Source: Myxococcota bacterium (GTDB lineage Bacteria; Myxococcota_A; UBA796; SXON01). From it: a stretch of DNA of 63,355 nt. Every line of letters begins with the position of its first letter. Positions within the stretch are counted from its first letter, which is position 1. The stretch lies in the NCBI GenBank assembly GCA_040386535.1, contig JAZKFH010000035.1, forward strand, positions 1 to 63,355, written 5' to 3'. Below are positions 56,494-63,355 of the stretch, piece after piece. Below the pieces are notes generated by a model, which was not told the DNA's origin, searched no databases, and saw only the letters and a program-made list of their open reading frames with translations. The translations under genes were made by a program, and so were the position numbers.

Positions 56494-58076
56494 CCCTCTG
56501 GTTGTTGGGGTGCGCCACGCAGGTGGTGGATCCGGCTCCGGTCGAGGAGCCGGTGATGGCACCGGTGGAGGCGTTGGTGCGCGCCAGCCTCGATCTACGC
56601 GGGGTACGCCCGTCGCTCGACGAGCTCGCGGCCGTCGAGGCCGATCCCGGCTTCGGCGAGAGCAGCGCGTACGCGGGGCTGGTCGACACGTTCCTGGACG
56701 ACCCTCGCTACGAGGGCCGCGTCCGCGACTTGTGGGCCGAGATCTACCTGACCCGCGCCCCGTCCATCTACGTGAACGCCGCGACCTTCGATCTCACCGA
56801 CGAGGCCGGCTTCCAGGTGTCGACCGGCGAGGAGGTGCTCGCCATCCTCGGGCACGTGGCCGCCACGGATTTGCCGTGGACCGAGATCGTGACCGCCGAC
56901 TGGACGATGGCCGACGAGATCACCGCCTCCATCTGGCCCATCGACCGTCCGGACGGCGAAGGATGGCAGGTTTCCCACTACACGGACGGCCGGCCCGCCG
57001 CCGGCGTGTTGACGACCAACTCGCTCTGGTGGCGCTACGGCTCGACCGACAGCAACGCCAATCGCAAGCGGGCCAACACCGCCTCCCGCGTGTTGTTGTG
57101 CAACGACTACCTCGTGCGGCCGCTGGAGTTCGATCGCAACATCAACCTGCTCGACGAGGAGGCCGTGGCGGACGCGATCAACAACGATCCGTCGTGCACC
57201 AACTGTCACAACAGCCTCGATCCGTTCGCGAGCTACTTCTACGGCTTCTGGTGGTACGACCCGAGCAACGCGCTCGAGATCGTGAAGTATTTTCCCGAGC
57301 GCGAATCCCGCTGGGCGCTGTACACCGACAAGGCGCCGTCCTTCTACGGCGAGCCGGGGTACAACCTCACCGATCTCGGCCAGCAGATCGCGGGGGATCA
57401 TCGGTTTCCCACCTGCGCGGTCGAGCAGGCGTGGGAGCTGCTCCTGCGGCGTGACACGTCCACGAGTGACACGTCCGCGCTCGTGACCCATCGGAACGCG
57501 TTCATCAACGGCGGCCTCACCATGAAGGCGCTCATGCGCTCCATCGTGACCGATCCCCGCTACCTCGCGGGCGCCACCGACACCGAGGGCTACGTCCCCA
57601 AGAAGATGGTCACGCCCGACCTGCTCGCGACCTCGGTCGAGGGGCTCACCGGGTACACCTGGACCTACGAGGCCTACGATCTGCTCCGCACCGACAACGT
57701 GGGCTACCGCACGCTCGCCGGCGGCGCCGACGGCTACGCGGTGACCGCCACGGCCACCAGCCCCAACGCCACGCTCGTGGTGGTGCAGCAGCGCCTCGCC
57801 GAGGCCGCGGCCTGGTACGTCGTGAAGAACGAGCCCGCGCGGCTCTTCAGCGTCGACTTCACCGAGACCCCCGACACCGACCGCGCCGCCATGGCCGCGC
57901 AGCTCCAGGCGCTCCACAAGGGGGTGTTCGGACGCACCGTGGCGGCCGACGGCGAGGAGGTCGAGGCCGGCCTCGCGCTCTGGTCCGACCTGTACACGGT
58001 CGAGCGTGATCCGCGCGACGCCTGGGCGGGCGTCCTCTCCGTGCTCCTCCGCGATCCCGATTTCCTCTTCTACTGA
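56490..58076 (+). CDS. DUF1549/DUF1553/DUF1588-like lipoprotein with CxxCH motif
   Basis: RASLDLRGVRPS, AAGVLTT, NRKRAN, CTNCH...DP, C-terminal DPDFLFY; GTGA overlap. Confidence 0.75.
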   Translation: MTLWLLGCATQVVDPAPVEEPVMAPVEALVRASLDLRGVRPSLDELAAVEADPGFGESSAYAGLVDTFLDDPRYEGRVRDLWAEIYLTRAPSIYVNAATFDLTDEAGFQVSTGEEVLAILGHVAATDLPWTEIVTADWTMADEITASIWPIDRPDGEGWQVSHYTDGRPAAGVLTTNSLWWRYGSTDSNANRKRANTASRVLLCNDYLVRPLEFDRNINLLDEEAVADAINNDPSCTNCHNSLDPFASYFYGFWWYDPSNALEIVKYFPERESRWALYTDKAPSFYGEPGYNLTDLGQQIAGDHRFPTCAVEQAWELLLRRDTSTSDTSALVTHRNAFINGGLTMKALMRSIVTDPRYLAGATDTEGYVPKKMVTPDLLATSVEGLTGYTWTYEAYDLLRTDNVGYRTLAGGADGYAVTATATSPNATLVVVQQRLAEAAAWYVVKNEPARLFSVDFTETPDTDRAAMAAQLQALHKGVFGRTVAADGEEVEAGLALWSDLYTVERDPRDAWAGVLSVLLRDPDFLFY

Positions 58077-58087
58077 TTGGGGGCCGA

Positions 58088-59353
58088 ATGCTTTCACGTC
58101 GCTCCCTCATGCAATCGGGCACCGGTCTGGCGGGGCTCGCCGCCTTGGGCCTCTCCCCTCGCGCGGCCCGCGCCGCCACCGCGTCGGACATGAAGTTCCT
58201 CTTCGTGTTCGCCCCGGGCGGCTGGGACACCACCCGCGTGTTCGCGAACGAGTTCTCCAACAACGCGGTCGATCTCGAAGCCGCGGCCGAGCCCGGTACC
58301 GCTGGCAACATCGGGTTCGTGGACCATCCCGAGCGCCCCTCGGTCCGAACGTTCCTCGAGACCTGGCACTCCCGGACCGTGGTGCTCAACGGGCTGATGG
58401 TGCGCTCCATCGCGCACGAGATCTGCACGATGATCGCGATGACCGGCACCACCTCGGGCCTCACCCCCGATTGGCCGGCCATCCTCGCGAGTGTCGACCG
58501 CGACCGGTTCACCCTCCCGCACCTCGTCCTCGGCGGCCCGTCGTTCCCCGGCGATCTCGGCGTGGCCGTGTCGCGCACCGGCTCGAACGGCCAGCTCGAG
58601 GCGCTCCTGTCGGGCCGCTCGCGGAACCTGCAGGACATCGTCTCGGGCGGGCCCAGCGCCCCCGCCGAGAGCCTCATGGACCGCTACATGGGGCGCCGGG
58701 CGGCCGCGCGTGCGGCGTCGGCGCGCTCGTCGGTCGACGCGGCGCTGGCGGGCCAATTCAAGGTGGCAGTCGACCACGCGACCGAGCTGAAGGACCTCCA
58801 ATACATCCTGGACTTCACCGGCGGCGCCGACGTGGCCGACCAGGTGCAGGTCGCGGTCGACGCGCTCTCGCTCGGTGTCAGCCGCTGTGTCACGCTCGCC
58901 TCGGCGGGCGCGGTGCTCGGATGGGACACCCACGCGGACAACGACGCCCAACAGTCGCCTCTGTGGGAGACGTTGTTCTCCGGCCTCGGCCAGCTCATGC
59001 AGGCGCTCGCCAACACGCCCGGCACCTCCGAGGCCACGCTCGCCGACGAGACCGTGCTGGTCGTGCTCTCCGAGATGGGGCGCACCCCCAAGCTCAACGC
59101 GTTCAACGGCAAGGACCACTGGCCGTACACGAGCGCGATGGTGGTGGGGCCCAACCTCCTCGGCGACCGTGTCATCGGCGGCTTCGACCGCAAGTTCTAC
59201 GGCAAGAGCATCGACACCGTGACCGGGGATCTGTCCGAGGGCGGCGAGATCCTCTCCGCCGAGTCCCTCGGCGCCACCCTGCTCGCGATGGCGGACGTGG
59301 ATCCGCTCGACTATGTCGACGGGGTCGATCCGATCATGGGGATGCTCGCTTAG
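58088..59353 (+). CDS. DUF1501-family protein with Tat signal
   Basis: SRRSLM, PGGWD, GWDTH, SEMGRTP, GKDHWP. Confidence 0.88.
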   Translation: MLSRRSLMQSGTGLAGLAALGLSPRAARAATASDMKFLFVFAPGGWDTTRVFANEFSNNAVDLEAAAEPGTAGNIGFVDHPERPSVRTFLETWHSRTVVLNGLMVRSIAHEICTMIAMTGTTSGLTPDWPAILASVDRDRFTLPHLVLGGPSFPGDLGVAVSRTGSNGQLEALLSGRSRNLQDIVSGGPSAPAESLMDRYMGRRAAARAASARSSVDAALAGQFKVAVDHATELKDLQYILDFTGGADVADQVQVAVDALSLGVSRCVTLASAGAVLGWDTHADNDAQQSPLWETLFSGLGQLMQALANTPGTSEATLADETVLVVLSEMGRTPKLNAFNGKDHWPYTSAMVVGPNLLGDRVIGGFDRKFYGKSIDTVTGDLSEGGEILSAESLGATLLAMADVDPLDYVDGVDPIMGMLA

Positions 59354-59399
59354 GCGTCTCCGCCGGACTATGAGCGGCGGGCTCTCCGGGAGGATTCCC

Positions 59400-59741
59400 A
59401 TGTGGTTGGCCTTCTTGTTCGCGTGCACCGGTACGGATGACACTGCCGAAACGGCCGTGCCCGCCCTGTGCGTGGATGCGCCCATCGTGACCTATGAGAC
59501 GTTCGGCGCCGGCTTCATGACCGAGAACTGCCAATCCTGCCACGCCAGCACTTCCCTCGATCGCGAAGGCGCGCCCGAGTCCGTGGTGTTCGACACGGTC
59601 GACCAGGTGTGGACCCTCCACGAGCGAATCCTCCAGCTCGCGGTCCCCGACGAACCGTCGATGCCGCCCCTCGGCGGCACCACGGCGGACGACCGCGCGA
59701 AGCTCGAGATCTGGCTCACCTGTGCTGACGAGGGGACGTGA
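59400..59741 (+). CDS. Small c-type cytochrome lipoprotein
   Basis: MWLAFLFAC; CQSCH; MPP distal ligand; GGAGG RBS. Confidence 0.82.
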   Translation: MWLAFLFACTGTDDTAETAVPALCVDAPIVTYETFGAGFMTENCQSCHASTSLDREGAPESVVFDTVDQVWTLHERILQLAVPDEPSMPPLGGTTADDRAKLEIWLTCADEGT

Positions 59742-60541
59742 TGGCGTCGATCGACGGATATTTCAAGGGCAAATCGGTGCTCCTCACCGGCGGCTCCAGC
59801 GGCATCGGCTTCGCGGCGGCCCAGCGCCTGCTCCGCGCCGGCGCCGAGGTCACGCTCGTGGCGCGGCGGGTGTCCGCGTTGGACGAGGCGAAGGCGAAGC
59901 TGGGGGGGAAGGGCGTGCATGTGCTCTCCCTGGACGTCTCGCGCGAGGACGACGTGATCGAGAAGGTGGCGGCGCACCTCGCCGCGCACCCCACCGACGT
60001 GTTGATGAACAACGCCGGCGTCGTCATGCCCGGTCGTTTCCTCGAGCTGGAGTCCAAACACTTCCGCGAGATGATGGACATCAATTACTTCGGCGCCGTG
60101 AACATGTGCCGGGCGGTGATCCCCCACCTCGTCGCCAAGGGCGGCGGCGCCGTGCTCAACGTGTCCTCGATGGCCGGCATCATCGGCATCTACGGATACA
60201 CGGCGTACGCGGCGAGCAAGTTCGCGCTGTACGGCTTCTCCGAGGCCCTGCGCGGCGAGATGGTGCCCCACAAGGTCGCGGTGAGCGTGTGCCTGCCGCC
60301 CGACACCGATACGCCGCAGCTCGCCTTCGAGAACCAATACAAGCCGAAGGAGACCAAGGCGATCGCCGGCACGGTCAAGACCATGTCGGCCCCCGCGGTC
60401 GCCGAGGAGATGCTCGCGGGCGTCGCCGCCGGCAGCTTCACGATCGTGCCCGGCCTCGACGGCCGCATGACGGTGGCGGCGCAGCGCTGGGTGCCGAGCG
60501 TGGTGCGGTGGTATTCGGATCGGGCGATGCGGAAGGGGTAG
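59738..60541 (+). CDS. SDR oxidoreductase, 3-ketodihydrosphingosine reductase (KDSR)-like
   Basis: TGGSSGIG, NNAG, YAASK, PPDTDTPQLAFENQYKPKET. Confidence 0.85.
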   Translation: MMASIDGYFKGKSVLLTGGSSGIGFAAAQRLLRAGAEVTLVARRVSALDEAKAKLGGKGVHVLSLDVSREDDVIEKVAAHLAAHPTDVLMNNAGVVMPGRFLELESKHFREMMDINYFGAVNMCRAVIPHLVAKGGGAVLNVSSMAGIIGIYGYTAYAASKFALYGFSEALRGEMVPHKVAVSVCLPPDTDTPQLAFENQYKPKETKAIAGTVKTMSAPAVAEEMLAGVAAGSFTIVPGLDGRMTVAAQRWVPSVVRWYSDRAMRKG

Positions 60542-60665
60542 CGCGCCGAGGGCGGTGTGGGCGCGACCCTGGGTCGGGCGCATGCCGTGGAGGCATGTGG
60601 CCGACCCAGGGGCGCGACCCTGGCGAGGCGCCAGGGTCGGCCTCCGGCGGGGTCGGCCTCCGGCC

Positions 60666-60703
60666 TCCGTTGGCACGGCGGCGCGCGCGCCGGGTGCCGA
60701 ACC
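60666..60703. repeat. Bulged hairpin, family H copy (reverse orientation, compensatory change)
   Basis: TCCGTTGGCAC...GTGCCGAACC. Confidence 0.75.
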
Positions 60704-60769
60704 GCGCGGGCACTGCCCGCGCGCCCTCTGGAGGCCTCGCGCGGGGGCTGGGGGGGCGGTTGGGTTGGG

Positions 60770-61460
60770 TTGGGTTGGGTTGGGGGGATGGGGGGCGCGG
60801 GGCCGTGCTGTGTGGGGCGCGGGGCGAGCGGCGCGAGTGGCGGCGCCGGGCCGTGTGGGGCGCGGGGCGGCGCGGCGGGGTGCGAGCGGCGCCGGGCCGT
60901 GCTTTGTGGGGCGCGGGGCGAGCGGTGCGAGCGGCGCCGGGCCGTGCTTTGTGGGGCGCCGGGCCGTGCTGTGTGGGGCGCGGTGCGAGCGGCGCGAGCG
61001 GCGCGGTCCGTGCGGCGCGGCGCGAGCGGCGCCGGGCCGTGCTGTGTGGGGCGCGGTGCGAGCGGTGCGAGCGGCGCCGGGCCGTGCTTTGTGGGGCGCG
61101 GGGAGCGGCGCGGTGCGCGCGGCGCCGGGCCGTGTGGCGCGGCGCGGCGCCGTTCTGTGTGTGGCGCGGTGCGAGCGGCGCGAGCGGCGCCGGGCGGTGC
61201 TGTGTGGGGGGCGGCGCGGCGCGGTGCGAGCGGCGCCGGGCCGTGTGGCGCGGCGCGGCGCGGCGCCGTTCTGTGTGTGGCGCGGTGCGAGCGGCGCGAG
61301 CGGCGTGGCGCGAGCACGCGGTGGGTGTGGCGGCGCGGTGCGAGCGGCGCGAGCGGCGCCGGGCGTTCTGTGTGGGGCGCGGTGCGAGCGGCGTTGCGCG
61401 AGCACGCGGTGGGCGTGGCGGCGGCGCGGTCCGAGCGGCGCGGTCCGTGCGGCGCGACGC
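60770..61460. repeat. G-rich degenerate mosaic tandem repeat
   Basis: Recurrent blocks GCGAGCGGCGCCGGGCCGTGCT(G/T)TGTGGGGCGCGG preceded by (TTGGG)n. Confidence 0.8.
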
Positions 61461-61470
61461 ACTATGCGGT

Positions 61471-61650
61471 CATGCCCTCGTGAATGCACACTTTCCCGAG
61501 TCGTGCCACCTTGAACGCCGGAGATCGCCCGGATCCGGCGGCGTGACCGGCGAATAGTGACGCTTGGTCCGTGTGGCTGAGCGCAAGAGACGCTCGAAGT
61601 CGGCGTTCACGGGGGCATGACTTTGATTTGGCGGCGTTCAGGGGGGCTTG
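61471..61650. repeat. Head-to-head element with 31-bp spaced motifs, family I copy 2
   Basis: Forward motifs at 61471 and 61502; reverse motifs ending 61619 and 61650. Confidence 0.65.
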
Positions 61651-61662
61651 GCGTGCTTGCGG

Positions 61663-62199
61663 CTAAGCGGGCGAGCCACGCAATAGACACCGGAACGTCA
61701 AGCTCATCCGCTCCTCCGAGGTGGGCGCGGCGGGAAGCGAGTGTTGCCACTCCCGCTGCATCGCGCCCGACATGACGAGCAAGGAGCCCGGCGCCAGGAT
61801 CTGCTCGGTCACGTCGCGACCGGCGCCGCCCTCGCGGCGCCGGAAGAGCAGCGGCCGCGCCGCGCCGAGGCTGACGATCGCGATGCCGGTACCGGGCGCG
61901 AGCGCGGAGATGTCGTCGGCATGCCACCCCATCGTGCTCGCGCCCGACGGATACAGGTTCAGCAGACAGTTGCCAGGCGCGGCTCCCACATGGGGTGCCA
62001 ACCCGGAGCGCAGGGCGGCCACCAGGGGGTGCCACGGTGCGCGTGGATAGTCCATTTGGGAGTAGTCGTAGGGCTCGCCCATGCTGGCAGTCCGGCGGGC
62101 CTTCATGCGCTGGTCCCAGACCACCTCGTCGCGCAGGGTGGTGAAGAGGGCGGCAGGATCGGGGACGAAGGCAGGGTGGTAGTGGGTCGGGGGCTGCAT
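61663..62199 (-). CDS. AlkB-like 2OG-Fe(II) dioxygenase
   Basis: NCLLNLY, GWHAD, SLGAAR, GSLLVM, WQH, RMSLTFR. Confidence 0.9.
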   Translation of the reverse strand: MQPPTHYHPAFVPDPAALFTTLRDEVVWDQRMKARRTASMGEPYDYSQMDYPRAPWHPLVAALRSGLAPHVGAAPGNCLLNLYPSGASTMGWHADDISALAPGTGIAIVSLGAARPLLFRRREGGAGRDVTEQILAPGSLLVMSGAMQREWQHSLPAAPTSEERMSLTFRCLLRGSPA

Positions 62200-62464
62200 C
62201 GGCGGGCTCGGCTTTGGGATATGCGCGCGGGGCGGGCGGGGCCAGGGGTGTCGATGACCGCGGCCGCGCGAGGGGGGCTGGAGGGTGGCGCGGGCCACGT
62301 GGGCGTCGCGGCCGGAGGCCAGGGGTTTGGCAGCGGCCCGCGCCAGTCGGCCCGCGCGCAGCGGGGCGACGGAGGGCGGAGCCCGACCCCGGAAGACACC
62401 CGGCCCCGTCCGCGGGGCGCGCCCGGGGGTTGGTGCTGCGATAGGTTCGCCAAATGGTGCTCCC

Positions 62465-63322
62465 GTGACGAGCGTGCTCCTCGTCTCGGCCGCGCTCGCC
62501 GCGCCCACCTTCGTGGCGGACGATGTCCGGCTCGAGCGGCTGGCCGATACCGCCTGGGCGGCGGCGACCGCGTGTGTGGGGCACGAGGCGCCCGCGCGCG
62601 AACGGGTGGAGATCGTCGTGGGCCCGGTGCGCGGCGGCTTCGGGGGCCGCGCGTTTGTCGACGGCTGGGTTGGGCGTCGTACCTACGATCGGGAGGGACG
62701 CGTCCTCACGGAGACGCTCTCGGACGCCGGCGGCCTGGCCCGCATCGAGCTGGCTGCGCCGCGGCCTCGGTCGGTTGCCCACGAGGTGGCGCATGCGTGG
62801 GTCCATGGAGGGCCGAGCGCGCTCGTCGAGGGGGCCACGAACCTGCTGGCGGACTGCATCGCGCGCCGCGCGCCCCGCCAGTTCGGCTGGGCAGTGGGCG
62901 GGGACACACTCGACGGACTGGAGGACCTGAGATCCTGGCGCAACGCGGACGACGCTTCGCCGAGCACACGGATCGCCGGCTACGCGGCGTCCTCCGCATT
63001 GATGCGGGCGGCGGCGCGGGTTGTCCCGGAGAGCGTGTTGTGGCGGTCGGATTGGACGTGGAGCGCTTTTGCGGACGTATTGCGGGGAGCGGGTGACACC
63101 GTGGTGCTCCCCATCGTGGAGGGAGGGGTGGCGTCGCAGCTCGCGGCGCTCGCCGATTTGGACGGGGACGGGATGTCGGCGCTCGAAGAGCAGCTCATGG
63201 GCACCGACCCCGATGAGTGGGACAGCGACCGGGACGGATGGTGGGATGGCGCGCCCCCAGAGCTGGGTGCGTCCGGTGCCGTGCCGATCCCCTCCGGCGG
63301 CTCATCACTAGTCACATCTTGA
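62465..63322 (+). CDS. Secreted HExxH (gluzincin-like) metallopeptidase with a Ca-binding DxDGDG...GTDP repeat
   Basis: Signal peptide VTSVLLVSAALA; AHEVAHAW...EGA; DLDGDGMSALEEQLMGTDP. Confidence 0.7.
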   Translation: MTSVLLVSAALAAPTFVADDVRLERLADTAWAAATACVGHEAPARERVEIVVGPVRGGFGGRAFVDGWVGRRTYDREGRVLTETLSDAGGLARIELAAPRPRSVAHEVAHAWVHGGPSALVEGATNLLADCIARRAPRQFGWAVGGDTLDGLEDLRSWRNADDASPSTRIAGYAASSALMRAAARVVPESVLWRSDWTWSAFADVLRGAGDTVVLPIVEGGVASQLAALADLDGDGMSALEEQLMGTDPDEWDSDRDGWWDGAPPELGASGAVPIPSGGSSLVTS

Positions 63323-63355
63323 CAGGTCACTGCTCCCGGATGATCGCCCCATACT

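Noticed and set aside
59492..61557. Arg/Ala/Gly/Pro-rich ORFs of 300-660 aa
   Set aside because: Stop-free reading of a low-complexity G-rich repeat

Overview
Very GC-rich, lipoprotein-dense bacterial chromosomal segment. It looks Myxococcota-like, an inference from Cys/Asp-rich 'DCDD' repeats, FG-GAP proteins, a poly-HAMP kinase and a DUF1501-type cluster. Recognisable genes: glnS (GlnRS-YqeY fusion), greB, an RluA-family pseudouridine synthase, a NatAB-like ABC exporter with a CPBP domain, a 2324-aa poly-HAMP hybrid kinase plus a REC-PAS kinase, a CPA2 antiporter with an XRE-EIIA regulator, two HTTM/partner pairs, a KDSR-like SDR and an AlkB-like dioxygenase. The most unusual content is intergenic. 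(1) A HUH/Y1 (RAYT-like) transposase gene lies between two arrays of ~50-bp hairpin repeats, and related 51-53-bp arrays sharing an (A)GTCGGG(G/A)GA core occur elsewhere. (2) A 211-bp MITE with a 7-bp TSD has inserted twice into one of these array families. (3) An 870-bp internally deleted IS66 retains its TIRs and 8-bp TSD. (4) A covarying bulged hairpin is consistently oriented downstream of stop codons. (5) A motif with 31-bp spacing forms a head-to-head element in two places. (6) A duplicated glnS 3' end brackets a cargo gene. Candidate conflict modules are a LysM-zincin followed by paralogous immunity-like lipoproteins, and a nitrilase-domain + winged-helix gene pair. Three genes appear to start at CTG. 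Family assignments come from motif recognition only; no database search was run.
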